The notes below the pieces were generated by a model, which saw only the letters and a list, made by a program, of their open reading frames with translations, was not told the origin of the DNA and searched no databases. A DNA stretch of 60,125 nucleotides, taken from assembly GCA_040754455.1 (NCBI GenBank), contig JBFMCP010000020.1, positions 1 to 60,125 of the forward strand. The letters run 5' to 3'. Positions 47,188 through 58,632 of this stretch are shown here, piece by piece; within the stretch, counting starts at the first letter, position 1, and each line of letters begins with the position of its first letter. Position numbers and translations under genes: made by a program. Source of the DNA: Nitrospirota bacterium. GTDB lineage: Bacteria > Nitrospirota > Thermodesulfovibrionia > Thermodesulfovibrionales > Dissulfurispiraceae.

Positions 47188-48411
47188 ATGTCATTTGCAG
47201 AGCTGTGCCGACAGATCAAAAGCAGCGCCAGGACAATAACTATCGCTGGCATGCTTGCCGGATATCTTGTTGCAGCTGGTTGCGGACAACGGAATGCTGC
47301 AGCCGGAAAGACGCCGAACATGTCCCCTCCTGAAGTAGGAGTCGTCGTCGTGCAGCCGCAGCGTGTGGCGCTTACGACGGAGCTTGCCGGACGCACGTCT
47401 GCCTACCTCGTTGCCGAGGTGCGGCCACAGGTCGGCGGCATCATCCAGAAGCGCCTGTTTACCGAAGGCGCGGATGTCAAAGCGGGTGAGGTACTCTACC
47501 AGATCGATCCTGCGAGCTACCAGGCAGCTTACAACAGCGCAAAAGCTGCGCTTGCAAAAGCTGAGGCCAATCTCATTCCTGCCAAGCTTAAGGAAGAGCG
47601 TTATAAAGAGCTTGTCAAAATCAATGCAGTGAGTCAGCAGGACTATGATGATGTAAGCGCTGCGCTTAAGCACGCTGAGGCTGATGTCGAGGCTGCCAAG
47701 GCAGCACTCGAGGCCGCCCGTATCAACCTGGCCTATACCAGGGTAACAGCCCCCATCTCCGGGCGGATCGGGCGCTCATCGGTGACCAACGGCGCTCTGG
47801 TAACCGCCAATCAGTCTGCTGCGCTGGCCACCATCCAGCAGCTCAGCACCATGTATGTGGATGTCACCCAGTCAAGCGCCGAACTGCTGCGCCTGAAGCA
47901 GAACCTAGCGAGCGGCCTGCTGAAAGGCAACGGGTCAGCACAGGCGCGGGTCAAGCTGCTGCTGGAGGACGGCAGCATGTATCCATTGCCGGGCACTTTG
48001 AAGTTTTCCGAAGTCACCGTAGACCAGAGTACCGGCTCTATTACCATGCGAGCAGTGTTCCCGAACCCGAAACAGACGCTCCTGCCTGGTATGTTTGTCC
48101 GCGCTATTCTTGAAGAAGGCGTCAGCGAGCAGGCGATTCTGGTTCCGCAACGCGGAGTCACCCGCAACCCTGCCGGCAATGCCATGGTGATGGTGGTAGG
48201 AAAGGATGAGAAGGTGGAGCCGCGGGTCATTAAAGTCGTCCGGACGGTCGGTGACAGCTGGCTGGTCAGCGAAGGACTTAACGCAGGTGACCGTGTCATC
48301 CTGGAAGGACTCCAAAAGGCGCGTCCGGGAACGCCGGTCAAAGCCGTGCCGTTCGGCAGCAAGGCAGAGGGAACTCCCGCCGGTGCTCCGAAAGCGGCGG
48401 CATCTAAATAA
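47188..48411 (+). CDS. RND efflux membrane fusion protein (AcrA/MexA-like)
   Basis: [33 protein letters not shown]. Confidence 0.95.
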   Translation: MSFAELCRQIKSSARTITIAGMLAGYLVAAGCGQRNAAAGKTPNMSPPEVGVVVVQPQRVALTTELAGRTSAYLVAEVRPQVGGIIQKRLFTEGADVKAGEVLYQIDPASYQAAYNSAKAALAKAEANLIPAKLKEERYKELVKINAVSQQDYDDVSAALKHAEADVEAAKAALEAARINLAYTRVTAPISGRIGRSSVTNGALVTANQSAALATIQQLSTMYVDVTQSSAELLRLKQNLASGLLKGNGSAQARVKLLLEDGSMYPLPGTLKFSEVTVDQSTGSITMRAVFPNPKQTLLPGMFVRAILEEGVSEQAILVPQRGVTRNPAGNAMVMVVGKDEKVEPRVIKVVRTVGDSWLVSEGLNAGDRVILEGLQKARPGTPVKAVPFGSKAEGTPAGAPKAAASK

Positions 48412-48422
48412 AGGAGCGCGTC

Positions 48423-51400
48423 ATGTCCAGATTCTTCATAGACCGTCCTATTTTCGCCTGGGTCATCGCCATCATGGTCATGCTGGCCGGCCTGCTGGCG
48501 ATCAAGACCCTGCCGGTCTCCCAGTATCCGCCGATTGCGCCGCCCCAGATCACCATTAACGCCATGTATCCTGGCGCCTCGGCCCAGACCGTGCAGGACA
48601 CGGTCACCCAGGTAATCGAACAGAAGCTGAACGGCATCGACAACCTGATCTATATGTCCTCCACGAGCGATTCGGCCGGAGCAGTTGCCATCAACCTGAC
48701 CTTCAAGGCCGGCACTGATCCCAACATCGCCCAGGTGCAGGTGCAGAACAAGCTGCAGCTGGCCATCCCGCTGCTGCCCCAGGCCGTGCAGCGCCAGGGT
48801 ATTTCGGTAGTCAAATCGACGAGGAACTTCCTGATGATCGTCGGACTCGTCTCTGAAGACGGATCAATGGACCGCAATGCCCTGACCGATTATCTGGTCT
48901 CAAACGTGCAGGACATCATCAGCCGGGTAGAAGGCGTGGGTGAACTCCAGATGTTCGGATTTCAGAACGCTATGCGGATATGGCTGAACCCTGCCAAGCT
49001 GAACAATTACCGGCTGACTACCAACGATGTGATTACGGCACTGCAGGCCCAGAACGCCCAGGTCTCTGCAGGCCAGTTCGGCGGTCTCCCCGCTGCTCAG
49101 GGACAGCAACTAAACGCCACCATTACGGCCCGCAGCCTGCTCCAGACACCGGAGCAGTTCGACGCCATCATTCTGAGGACCAATAGCGATGGCTCCACAG
49201 TGAGACTCAAGGATGTCGCCGAAAGCAAGATCGGCACTGAAAACTACGAAATGCAGTCATTCTACAAAGGGAAGCCGGTAGGCGGTATGGCGATCCGGCT
49301 CGCTGCCGGTGCCAATGCCCTCGAAACAGGTAATAGGGTCAAGGCCAAGATGGAGGAGCTATCGAAATACTTCCCTCCCGGCATGAAGGTGGTTTATCCC
49401 TATGACACCACCCCGTTCGTCAAGATTTCCCTCGAAGAGGTAGTGCATACCCTGATCGAGGCGGTCCTGTTGGTCTTCATCATCATGTTCCTCTTCCTTC
49501 AGAACATCCGGGCCACTCTCATTCCTACCATCGCTGTGCCTGTGGTGCTCCTCGGTACCATGGGAGTGCTGGCAGTTGCCGGTTTTTCTATTAACACGCT
49601 GACGATGTTCGCCCTGGTGATCGTGATCGGTCTGCTGGTGGACGATGCCATCGTCGTTGTCGAGAACGTGGAGAGGATCATGACCGAAGAAGGGCTGTCG
49701 CCCCGGGAGGCGACCGTCAAATCGATGGGACAGATCACCAGCGCCCTCTGGGGCATCGCCACCGTGCTGGCAGCGGTCTTTCTGCCGATGGCCTTCTTCG
49801 GCGGTTCCACCGGCGTGATCTACCGTCAGTTCTCGATCACCATCATCTCCGCCATGATCCTGTCGGTGCTGGTGGCGATGGTCCTGACTCCGGCCCTCTG
49901 CGCCACGATCCTCAAGCCGGTGGAGAAAGGGCATGTAGCAGGGGAGAGCGGATGGTTCAAAGGGTTCTTCCGCTGGTTCAATAAATTATTCGACCGCAGC
50001 AGGGCGCGGTATGAACGGATCGTCGGCCGCTCCTTTGGCAAGCCGGTGCGCTACCTGGTAGTGTACGGCGCCATTGTTGCGGCAATGGCATTCTTTTTCC
50101 TGCGGCTCCCTACCGCCTTCCTGCCGGATGAGGACCAGGGGTTTATCGTCTGCCAGATCCAGCTGCCTGCCGGCGCCACCCAGGAGAGGACTATTCAAGT
50201 AATACGACAGATAGAAAAACATTTTATGGAGAAGGAGACCAAGGCTGTTGATTCCATTATCACGGTGGCCGGGTTCAGCTTTGCCGGACGTGGTCAGAAT
50301 ATGGGGTTGGCTTTTGTGAAGCTCAGGGACTGGAAACTGCGCACGTCCGCTGATCTGAAAGCACCGGCGGTTGCCGGCAGGGCCATGATGGCGTTCTCGC
50401 ATATTCGGGACGGTCTGGCCTTTGCCTTCTCACCCCCGGCGGTGGTGGAGCTGGGACAGGCCAATGGTTTTGATTTTCAGTTGCAGGATCGCGGAGGTCT
50501 CGGACATGAAAAGCTGATGGAGGCGCGCAACCAGCTGCTGGGCATGGCTATGAAAAATCCGAAGCTGATCGCAGTACGCCCCAACGGCCAGGATGATTCG
50601 CCCCAGTTCAAGCTGGATATCGATGATGTGCGGGCTGGTGCGCTCGGAGTCTCTCTTGCCGACGTCAATAGCGTTCTGGCTACTGCCTGGGGCAGCACGT
50701 ATGTAAACGATTTCATTCAGAACGGCCGCGTCAAGAAGGTCTATCTCCAGGCTGATGCCAGGTACCGGATGCTGCCGGAAGACATCAGCAGCTGGTACGT
50801 CCGCAATAACAAGGGCGAGATGGTGCCGTTTTCAGCCTTTTCCACCGCCCGCTGGCAGTACGGCTCGCCCCGCCTTGAGCGCTATAACGGCATTCCCTCT
50901 GTGGAGATCATGGGGCAGGCAGCCCCTGGCGTGAGCACCGGCGAGGCGATGGCCGAGATGGAGAAAATGGCTGCCCAACTGCCGCCCGGGATCGGCTACG
51001 AATGGACCGGTCTTTCCTACGAAGAAAAACAGGCGGGCAGACAGGCGCCAGCCCTGTATGCTATTTCGCTCCTGGTGGTGTTTCTCGCTGTAGCGGCGCT
51101 ATACGAGAGCTGGACCATACCCTTTGTCAATTTGCTGATGCTGCCGCTCGGCCTCGTGGGAGCGGTGACAGCGGTTACGTTACGGGGATTGCCGAACGAT
51201 GTCTATCTCCAGATCGGCCTGCTTACCACGGTGGGACTTTCGACCAAGAACGCGATCCTGATCATCCAGTTCATCAAGGCACGGATGCAGGATGGCCATG
51301 ATCTGGTAGAGGCCACCTTGTCAGCGGTAAAGATCAGGCTGCGTCCGGTCATCATGACCTCGCTCGCCTTCTTCTTCGGCACCCTGCCGCTGGCCCTCAC

Positions 51401-51590
51401 CAAAGGGGCCGGGGCTGCAGCCCAGAACGCCATCGGCACCGCCGTCACCGGCGGTCTGCTCTCGGCGACGTTCATCGACCTGATCTTTATTCCTTTCTTC
51501 TTCGTGCTGGTGTCACGGCTATTTGGACATGAAAAATACAAATCACGCGCAGCAGCACCTGCTGTTGCCACTGCTGCGGAGGGACAGTGA
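48423..51590 (+). CDS. HAE1 RND efflux permease (AcrB/MexB-like)
   Basis: [41 protein letters not shown]. Confidence 0.97.
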   Translation: MSRFFIDRPIFAWVIAIMVMLAGLLAIKTLPVSQYPPIAPPQITINAMYPGASAQTVQDTVTQVIEQKLNGIDNLIYMSSTSDSAGAVAINLTFKAGTDPNIAQVQVQNKLQLAIPLLPQAVQRQGISVVKSTRNFLMIVGLVSEDGSMDRNALTDYLVSNVQDIISRVEGVGELQMFGFQNAMRIWLNPAKLNNYRLTTNDVITALQAQNAQVSAGQFGGLPAAQGQQLNATITARSLLQTPEQFDAIILRTNSDGSTVRLKDVAESKIGTENYEMQSFYKGKPVGGMAIRLAAGANALETGNRVKAKMEELSKYFPPGMKVVYPYDTTPFVKISLEEVVHTLIEAVLLVFIIMFLFLQNIRATLIPTIAVPVVLLGTMGVLAVAGFSINTLTMFALVIVIGLLVDDAIVVVENVERIMTEEGLSPREATVKSMGQITSALWGIATVLAAVFLPMAFFGGSTGVIYRQFSITIISAMILSVLVAMVLTPALCATILKPVEKGHVAGESGWFKGFFRWFNKLFDRSRARYERIVGRSFGKPVRYLVVYGAIVAAMAFFFLRLPTAFLPDEDQGFIVCQIQLPAGATQERTIQVIRQIEKHFMEKETKAVDSIITVAGFSFAGRGQNMGLAFVKLRDWKLRTSADLKAPAVAGRAMMAFSHIRDGLAFAFSPPAVVELGQANGFDFQLQDRGGLGHEKLMEARNQLLGMAMKNPKLIAVRPNGQDDSPQFKLDIDDVRAGALGVSLADVNSVLATAWGSTYVNDFIQNGRVKKVYLQADARYRMLPEDISSWYVRNNKGEMVPFSAFSTARWQYGSPRLERYNGIPSVEIMGQAAPGVSTGEAMAEMEKMAAQLPPGIGYEWTGLSYEEKQAGRQAPALYAISLLVVFLAVAALYESWTIPFVNLLMLPLGLVGAVTAVTLRGLPNDVYLQIGLLTTVGLSTKNAILIIQFIKARMQDGHDLVEATLSAVKIRLRPVIMTSLAFFFGTLPLALTKGAGAAAQNAIGTAVTGGLLSATFIDLIFIPFFFVLVSRLFGHEKYKSRAAAPAVATAAEGQ

Positions 51591-51591
51591 T

Positions 51592-53121
51592 ATGAAAAGA
51601 CGATTAGAGGGCAGGATAACGGAATACTTTATCAACTGTCATTCCCGCAAGCGCAGTGCGTCGGGAATCCTTCCGGAAAGGAAAGATTCCCGACAAGCCG
51701 GAATGACAAACTATCTCCGTGGTGCAGCCATTGCTGTTGTCCTGCTTGCTCTCTCCGGCTGCGCAAGCATGGCACCGGAGTATACACGCCCGGAAGCGCC
51801 TGTTCCTTCCGATTGGCCGACCGGCCCTGCGTACAAGGACAGCACAGCCGAAGCCCGGGATCGAAGCGCTGCCGACATCGCATGGCAGGAGTTCTTCATC
51901 GACGAGCACCTGCGAAAGCTGATCGCCCTTGCGCTTAACAACAATCGTGATCTGCGCATCGCCGCACTCAACATCGAAAGGTCGCGGGCGCTGTATCGCA
52001 TCGAGCGCGCCGACCTCTTTCCGAGTGTGATTGCAGCCGGCAGCGGAATTGAACAGCGGGTGCCGGGGAGTCTCTCAGTAACGGGACAGTCTCGAACCGT
52101 GCATCAATACAGTGTTGACCTGGGGTTCAGCGCCTTTGAGCTCGACCTTTTCGGACGCATCCGGAGCCTCAACAGCCGGGCGCTGGAGGAGTTTTTCGCA
52201 ACTGAGGAGGCGCGCCGCAGTATACAGATCAGTTTGGTGGCCGAGGTTGCAGGCACCTACCTGACCCTTGCCGCCGATAAAGAGCGCCTGAAAATCGCCC
52301 GTGACACCTTCGAGAGCCAGCAGGCATCATACAATCTCATCAAGCGCCGCTTCGAAGCAGGCGCTTCCTCGGAGTTGGATCTCCGCCAGGCCCAGACCAG
52401 TGTCGATGCGGCCCGCGTGGATATTGCACGCTTCATCAGCCAGGTGGCCCAGGACGAAAACGCACTGGCGCTCCTTATCGGCATGTCGGTGCCGGCCGAG
52501 CTCCTGCCGTCGGGGCTCGGTACGATCACCGCAGTGAAGGAGCTCAGCGCGGGTCTGCCGTCCGAGGTGCTGCAGCGCCGTCCCGATATCATGCAGGCAG
52601 AGCACCTTCTCAAAGCGGCAAACGCCAACATCGGCGCTGCACGTGCGGCATTCTTTCCGCGCATCACGCTCACGTCGATCATCGGCACTGCCAGCGATCA
52701 GCTGTCCGGGCTTTTCGGGGACGGTTCTGCCGCATGGAGCTTTGCACCGCAAATTACCCTGCCGATCTTCAACGCAGGAAGAAATCGGGCTGCTCTGAAA
52801 GTGGCGGAAGTCGAACGTGAGATATTCCTCGCTCAGTACGAGAAAACTATCCAGAACGCTTTCAGGGAAGTAGCCGATGCCCTTGCGCAGCGGGGGACCC
52901 TTGGCGAGCAATTAGAGGCGCAACAATCTCTGACTGACGCCACTGCCGAAAGCTACCGTTTATCGCAGGCACGCTATCGTAACGGCATAGCAAGCTACCT
53001 TAATGTTCTGGATGCACAACGCTCTCTTTATAGTGCAGAGCAGGGGCTGATTACCGTTCGCCTCTCCCGGCTGATCAACCTGGTGACGCTCTATAAGGTT
53101 CTCGGTGGGGGAGGAGTGTAA
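51592..53121 (+). CDS. efflux outer-membrane factor lipoprotein (OprM/NodT-like)
   Basis: Lipobox [30 protein letters not shown]; an alternative start exists at ATG 51703. Confidence 0.93.
   Translation: MKRRLEGRITEYFINCHSRKRSASGILPERKDSRQAGMTNYLRGAAIAVVLLALSGCASMAPEYTRPEAPVPSDWPTGPAYKDSTAEARDRSAADIAWQEFFIDEHLRKLIALALNNNRDLRIAALNIERSRALYRIERADLFPSVIAAGSGIEQRVPGSLSVTGQSRTVHQYSVDLGFSAFELDLFGRIRSLNSRALEEFFATEEARRSIQISLVAEVAGTYLTLAADKERLKIARDTFESQQASYNLIKRRFEAGASSELDLRQAQTSVDAARVDIARFISQVAQDENALALLIGMSVPAELLPSGLGTITAVKELSAGLPSEVLQRRPDIMQAEHLLKAANANIGAARAAFFPRITLTSIIGTASDQLSGLFGDGSAAWSFAPQITLPIFNAGRNRAALKVAEVEREIFLAQYEKTIQNAFREVADALAQRGTLGEQLEAQQSLTDATAESYRLSQARYRNGIASYLNVLDAQRSLYSAEQGLITVRLSRLINLVTLYKVLGGGGV
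51637..51708. repeat. 72-bp nested palindromic element (REP/RPE-like)
   Basis: TGTCATTCC...GGAATGACA outer arms; TCGGGAATC...GATTCCCGA inner arms. Confidence 0.75.
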
Positions 53122-53144
53122 TACTTATCGTACAGAGACTGGGA

Positions 53145-55376
53145 TTACGTCGTCAATTTGCGATAAATGTCGGTGATTTTGTTCGGGAGCTTGCGGACAT
53201 CGTCGATAAACGTATAGTTCGCCTCTCCGTACATATAGGGCAGATAGGAATGGGCCTCTTTATCGATGGTGATGCAGAAGGAGTGGATGCCCTTCTCCTT
53301 CGCCTCGATCAAAGCCCGTCTCGTGTCCTCAATGCCGTACTCTCCTTTATAAGCATCCCAGTCTTCGGGCTTTCCATCGCTGAGTGTGATCATGATTTTT
53401 GTACGCGCCTCGACGGATTTGAGTTTGGTGATCGAATGCCGGAGGGGAGGCCCCATGCGTGTATAATCCTTCGGCGCTATACCGGCAATACGTTTCTTCA
53501 CCGCCTCTGAGTAGCCTTCATCAAAGCTTTTGATTTTGTAAAAGTCACAGCGGGTCCTCGTCATGCCCGAAAAGCCGTAGATGGCGTAGCGGTCTCCGAG
53601 TGTCTCGAGCGCCTCGCACATCATCACGAGGGACTCCTTTTCAGCCTCGTTGACCCATCCCTTTGTCGAACCGCTCATATCGAGGAGAAAGAGCACCGCC
53701 ATGTTCCGCTCCTGGCGGTCGAGACGGGTGAAGAGGTTCTCTCCCGGCGAAAAGCCTGCATGCATGTCGGCATACGCTTCGACCGCTGCATCAATGTCGA
53801 CGTCCTCTCCATCTTTCTGCAACCGCAGCACGCGCGGCTCGCGCTTGAGGAGCTCGAATTTTTTTCGAAGGATCTTTATATATCCGCTGTAACGCTTCAG
53901 CGTCATTTCCACAAAGGGCTCGCTGCCGGGGTGGATATCATGCTCGTAGAGGGTGCACCAGCTCCGCTTGTATCCTCCCCGACGGTAATCCCATTCGTCA
54001 TACTTTATTCCTTTGCCCGGGGCGGTGACCTCACCGCCCTCCTCCTCCTCGAAGAGCTCCTCCTTGAGAGAGATGCAGTGCCGGGCTACGCCGATGTCGC
54101 TGCCCTTGACGAGAATGCCCCCGTGGATATCGCCCAGCTCCTCTATGAGCTCTCTCAGTTCACTGTCGAGCTCGATCATCCTGCCCTTTATGAGGAGGTA
54201 ATCCCGTTCAGGCTGAGGCGCACGTTCGCAGTGCGCCTCTTCCGAAGGGGTCCTCCTGGGCGGCTCCAGCTCCGGCATCGTCAGCAGGCGCCTGATGATT
54301 CCCTCAAGCCTCTTTTTCCGCGCCTCGCGCTCTGCTCTCAAGCGAAAAGATACCCGCTCGGGTTTGATGGTGCCAAGGATCGGCATATCCAGAGATTTAT
54401 AGTCACCATCGAGCCTCTCTGCGATACGATAGAAATCGGCGAGAAGCCTTAAGCTTTCAGAGGGAGTGTGCGCTTGTTCAAGACGTTGTAATGCATCCTC
54501 ACCCCCTTTTAACTGTTCCGGCACAGTTTTCTTCAGATAATAGCGATAGAGACCCTCGACAAACGCTGTTTTCTGCGGGAGATTGCTCAGCGGCTCCCGC
54601 CCTTCAAACACCGCTGCCTTTATCGGTTCCGCAGCCCGCATGAGACCGGGGAGCTCATTGCCGAGGAACCGTTCAAGCCGCAACGCTTCAAGAATAGTGT
54701 AGAGGTCAATGGCAAGATTTTTCTCGGGAAACCGTCTGAAGAAGCTTTCGATGTCAGGGCGGCCGTTTTCAGGCATATGGGTGCGCAGCAGTTCCTCATC
54801 TGGAGTCAAGGTGCCGCATACGATCTGGGCCCACTTGTGCACCGCCGTAAGTTTGTAGAGGAGGAAATTATGTCCGGGCTCCTCGAACCTGTCGATCATT
54901 GAGGGAAGATAGATCGTTGAGGTATCGGTAAAGGAGTTCTTATCGGGTGCGATCTTCAGCTCGCGTCCCGAAACACCCCGCAGAAAGGGCTCGAGCACGC
55001 CGGCGATCTTCTGGAACCGCAACCCGCCGGGACTCTGGAATGCACGCAATGCGTCCTCGTCAGTCCGGGAGACAAACGCCAGGAATGGGTCGACTCCCTG
55101 GGCATCCAGCAGATCGAAGGCATGGGCCATCCACCGCTCCATTTCGTCGAGCGGGAGAAAGGATGCTGCCTTCCTGATATGCTTGAGCACATTGGGGACC
55201 AGCGAAGAGCTCGCATGGGAGAGGGCAAGGCAGAGGGCAAGGGCCTTTTGCCTGAGCCGGTCATCGAGCACATCGATCCCGTGCACCACCGCCTGTATTT
55301 CTTCGTCTTCAAAAAAATCGAGGGTCAGGTTTCGTACCAGACCCTCTCGCAGATGTACAATGTGCCGTTCCGTCAA
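53145..55376 (-). CDS. NorD/CbbO-type VWA adaptor protein (copy 2)
   Basis: TIYLP, YDEWDY...WC, MIDAS LLDMSGST, YTRMG, SDGKP. Confidence 0.9.
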   Translation of the reverse strand: MTERHIVHLREGLVRNLTLDFFEDEEIQAVVHGIDVLDDRLRQKALALCLALSHASSSLVPNVLKHIRKAASFLPLDEMERWMAHAFDLLDAQGVDPFLAFVSRTDEDALRAFQSPGGLRFQKIAGVLEPFLRGVSGRELKIAPDKNSFTDTSTIYLPSMIDRFEEPGHNFLLYKLTAVHKWAQIVCGTLTPDEELLRTHMPENGRPDIESFFRRFPEKNLAIDLYTILEALRLERFLGNELPGLMRAAEPIKAAVFEGREPLSNLPQKTAFVEGLYRYYLKKTVPEQLKGGEDALQRLEQAHTPSESLRLLADFYRIAERLDGDYKSLDMPILGTIKPERVSFRLRAEREARKKRLEGIIRRLLTMPELEPPRRTPSEEAHCERAPQPERDYLLIKGRMIELDSELRELIEELGDIHGGILVKGSDIGVARHCISLKEELFEEEEGGEVTAPGKGIKYDEWDYRRGGYKRSWCTLYEHDIHPGSEPFVEMTLKRYSGYIKILRKKFELLKREPRVLRLQKDGEDVDIDAAVEAYADMHAGFSPGENLFTRLDRQERNMAVLFLLDMSGSTKGWVNEAEKESLVMMCEALETLGDRYAIYGFSGMTRTRCDFYKIKSFDEGYSEAVKKRIAGIAPKDYTRMGPPLRHSITKLKSVEARTKIMITLSDGKPEDWDAYKGEYGIEDTRRALIEAKEKGIHSFCITIDKEAHSYLPYMYGEANYTFIDDVRKLPNKITDIYRKLTT

Positions 55377-57634
55377 AGCGTCAACCCCCGGTAGATCTCT
55401 ACTATTCTACCCGGAAGCTTGCGCACCTCGTCAATAACAATGAAGTTCGATTCTCCGAACATGTGCGGCAGATACAGGCTCGCCTCTCTATCTATGGTGA
55501 TGCAGAAGGGGCGAATCCCCTGCTCCCTGATTTCCAGCAGCGCTTTCCGGGTATCCTCTATGCCGTAATCCCCTTTATATGATCCCCAATCCTCGGGTCT
55601 CCCGTCGCTCAGCGCAATGAGAAGCTTTGTCCTCGCCTCGACGGTCTTGAGGACCGTGGCGGAATGCCTGATAGGGGCACCCATCCGCGTATAATCCCTC
55701 GGCGTGATGCCCGCGATACGCCGCTTTACCTCTTCCGCGTAGCCCTCACGGAAACTCTTGATATGGAAATAGTCGCAGCGCGTCCTCGTCATGCCCGAAA
55801 AGCCGTAGATGGCGTAGCGGTCGCCAAGTAATTCGAGAGCCTCGCACATCAGCACCAGCGCCTCCTTCTCCGCCACATTGACCCACCCCTTTGTCGAACC
55901 GCTCATATCGAGAAGAAAGAGCACCGCAATGTCCCGTGTATTCCGGTTGAAGCTCGTATAGATCATACCCTCGGGTGAGAGCCCGGCATGCAGGTCGGAG
56001 AGCGCTTCGACAGCGGCATCGAGATCGATGGCATCGCCGTCTTTCTGTTTTCTTACTTTTTGGCGGATCGTCTTCAGCGTCTCGAATTTCTTCCGCAACT
56101 GCGCAACAGAGCCCCGGTATCGCTTGAGGGTCTGCTCCACAAAAGGCTCATCCCCGGGCTGCAGGTCCTGCTCGTAGACAATGCACCAGTCCTTCTTGTA
56201 ATCCCCTCTATGGTAATCCCACTCATCATAGGCGATGCCGTCCTGCTGCGTACGCCCGACCTCTTCCGCCCGGATTATATCTTCGAGATTGACATAGACG
56301 CTGCCGCTGGCGAGATTGCTTCCCTTCACCAGCCGCCCCTCAGAAACAACAGCGCCGCCCTTGAGCTTATCTTTCACTGTATCATCCATGGCGATATTCT
56401 GCCCTTTGATCACAAGATATTCTTGTTCGGGCTTCACCGGGTGCTCATGAACAATCGAATGAGACCTGCGGTGCTGACGGCGCTCAGGAAGCGGCATCTT
56501 GAGGAGCTTTTCGATCATGCCTTCGAGTTTTCTCTTCATCTCGTTCCTCTTTGCCCTGAGCCGTTTCGCAACTCTGTCCGGCTTTATGGTGCCGAGGAAA
56601 AAGACCGGACGCTGCGGTTCGTACTCTCCCGTGAGCTTGACTGCTGCCTGATAACAGGCGACGAGTGCGCTCATGATCTCCTGCGGGTCCGCCGCGTGCC
56701 GTAATGCCGTTATCCGATCGTGCAGATGCAGGAGCGCTTCCGGAGCAGTCCCCTTTGCCGCTCCCCTCAGATAGTAGTGGTAAATTCCCTCCACGAAAGC
56801 GGTTTTTTCCGAGAGCTCATCAAGCGATGGGCGCTCATTATAAACCTCATCCTTCAGCGGGGCCGCCCGCTCCATCAGACCGGGAAGCTCGCGCCAGAGA
56901 AACGTGTCGAGCATGAATGCCTCGAGCAGCGTAAAGAGGTCGATGGCAAGCTCCCGCTGGGGAAAGGCATTGAAGAAGGTTTCGAGATCCTGTATGCCCT
57001 CCTCCTGGCTTTCTGCATAAGCCAGGCCGGCGAGTGCTCCGCTCATATCAGGAGTAAGCGTACCGCAGGCGACCTGAGCCCATTTGTGCGCTGCCATGAG
57101 CAGATAGACAAGCAGGTTATCCTCCGGCCGCTTGAAACGGCTCAGCACCGCAGGGAGATAGATGGTATCCATATCGGTTGATGGCTCGATATCCGTGCTG
57201 ACCGAGAAGTCATGCCCTGAAATCCCCTTGATATACAGTTGCAGGGTATCGGTTATATCCTTCAGCCGCAGCCGCTCGAGGCTTACGAATGCCTTGAGGT
57301 GCTCGGTATCGACGTTCGAGATGAACTGGAAGAAGGCATCGGTCCCCTGCCCGCTAAGGACCTCGGCGGCGGTGTCGATCCATTTGGCGAGGTCGTCCGG
57401 ATCGAGTGTGAGCGCAACCCTTTTCACGCGCTTGAGCATCCCGGGAATGATCGAGGGAGTGGCTTCGGAAAGGATAAAGCAGAGCACCAGGAGCTTGCGC
57501 CGCGGCGCATGATCGAACATATCGATGGTATCGATAATGGCGATGATGTCCTGGTTTTCGAAAAAATTGAGCCTCAGGTTCTTGATGAGCTCGCCCATCA
57601 AGCGCTCGGCATAGCTGTCGATTGTTGCTTGCAT
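55373..57634 (-). CDS. NorD/CbbO-type VWA adaptor protein (copy 1)
   Basis: Same motifs: TIYLP, YDEWDY, LLDMSGST, YTRMG, SDGRP. Confidence 0.9.
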   Translation of the reverse strand: MQATIDSYAERLMGELIKNLRLNFFENQDIIAIIDTIDMFDHAPRRKLLVLCFILSEATPSIIPGMLKRVKRVALTLDPDDLAKWIDTAAEVLSGQGTDAFFQFISNVDTEHLKAFVSLERLRLKDITDTLQLYIKGISGHDFSVSTDIEPSTDMDTIYLPAVLSRFKRPEDNLLVYLLMAAHKWAQVACGTLTPDMSGALAGLAYAESQEEGIQDLETFFNAFPQRELAIDLFTLLEAFMLDTFLWRELPGLMERAAPLKDEVYNERPSLDELSEKTAFVEGIYHYYLRGAAKGTAPEALLHLHDRITALRHAADPQEIMSALVACYQAAVKLTGEYEPQRPVFFLGTIKPDRVAKRLRAKRNEMKRKLEGMIEKLLKMPLPERRQHRRSHSIVHEHPVKPEQEYLVIKGQNIAMDDTVKDKLKGGAVVSEGRLVKGSNLASGSVYVNLEDIIRAEEVGRTQQDGIAYDEWDYHRGDYKKDWCIVYEQDLQPGDEPFVEQTLKRYRGSVAQLRKKFETLKTIRQKVRKQKDGDAIDLDAAVEALSDLHAGLSPEGMIYTSFNRNTRDIAVLFLLDMSGSTKGWVNVAEKEALVLMCEALELLGDRYAIYGFSGMTRTRCDYFHIKSFREGYAEEVKRRIAGITPRDYTRMGAPIRHSATVLKTVEARTKLLIALSDGRPEDWGSYKGDYGIEDTRKALLEIREQGIRPFCITIDREASLYLPHMFGESNFIVIDEVRKLPGRIVEIYRGLTL

Positions 57635-58455
57635 TAGAACAATGATTGGATGATTTCGGAGAGTGCCCTCAGCATTTCATGGTCGTCGGTGAGCGCCTCG
57701 GCGATTGCCACCTCGCTGGCCCTCTTCGGATCGATGCCCGAGCGGATGAGCCGTGCGGCATGAATGAGAAGCCTCGTGCTTGCCCCCTCGGTAAGCCCTG
57801 CCTCGATGAGATTCCGCGTCTTCTCCGCAAAGCTGACGAGCAGCTCGGCAGACCGCATATCGATGCCGGTTTCGTGTACGATAATCTCCACCTCGAACTC
57901 CCTCTTGGGATAGGTGAATTCAAGAGCGAGGAAGCGCTGCCGGGTGCTCTGCTTCAGGTCCTTGAGCACGCTCTGGTAGCCCGGATTGTAGGATATGGCG
58001 AGTAGAAAATCGGAGGAGGCGCTCAGGATCTCTCCCCGCTTCTCTATCGGTAGGATTCTCCTGTGGTCGGCAAGAGGGTGGATGACCACCGTCGTATCTT
58101 TCCGGGCCTCGACGATCTCGTCGAGGTAACAGAAGCCGCCGGATTTGACTGCCCTGGTGAGCGGGCCGTCGACCCAGACCGTCTCTTCACCCTGGATCAG
58201 ATATCTGCCGACCAGGTCGGAGACGGTGAGGTCATCATGGCACGAGACGGTTATCAGCGGCCGCTTGAACTTCCATGCCATGTACTCCATGAATCTCGTC
58301 TTGCCGCACCCGGTGGGTCCCTTGAGCAGCACCGGAATGCGGTTCCGGTACGCAGCCTCGAAGAGCGCCTTCTCTCCGTTTGTTTCGAGGTAGTAGGGCT
58401 CTTCCTCGATAAAATACTCTTCAGTTTTTATGGATCTCACGGTATTTGTCTTCAT
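57634..58455 (-). CDS. CbbQ/NirQ/NorQ-family MoxR AAA+ ATPase
   Basis: GPTGCGKT, YLDEIVEARKD, SYNPGYQ, KQSTRQRF, STRLL. Confidence 0.95.
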   Translation of the reverse strand: MKTNTVRSIKTEEYFIEEEPYYLETNGEKALFEAAYRNRIPVLLKGPTGCGKTRFMEYMAWKFKRPLITVSCHDDLTVSDLVGRYLIQGEETVWVDGPLTRAVKSGGFCYLDEIVEARKDTTVVIHPLADHRRILPIEKRGEILSASSDFLLAISYNPGYQSVLKDLKQSTRQRFLALEFTYPKREFEVEIIVHETGIDMRSAELLVSFAEKTRNLIEAGLTEGASTRLLIHAARLIRSGIDPKRASEVAIAEALTDDHEMLRALSEIIQSLF

Positions 58456-58632
58456 ACTCTAATTGTATATTGAATGTATAGTATCAGTAAATGGTAATGC
58501 TGCACTGTTGAGCGGCCTTGCAAGAACAACAGGGAGAGCTCAATGCAAAATCTATAACTCAATAATATCAGAAAACGGGCATCCGGTCATCTTTACTTTT
58601 CAATATATTTCCGTTATTCTTAAGAATTCGCG

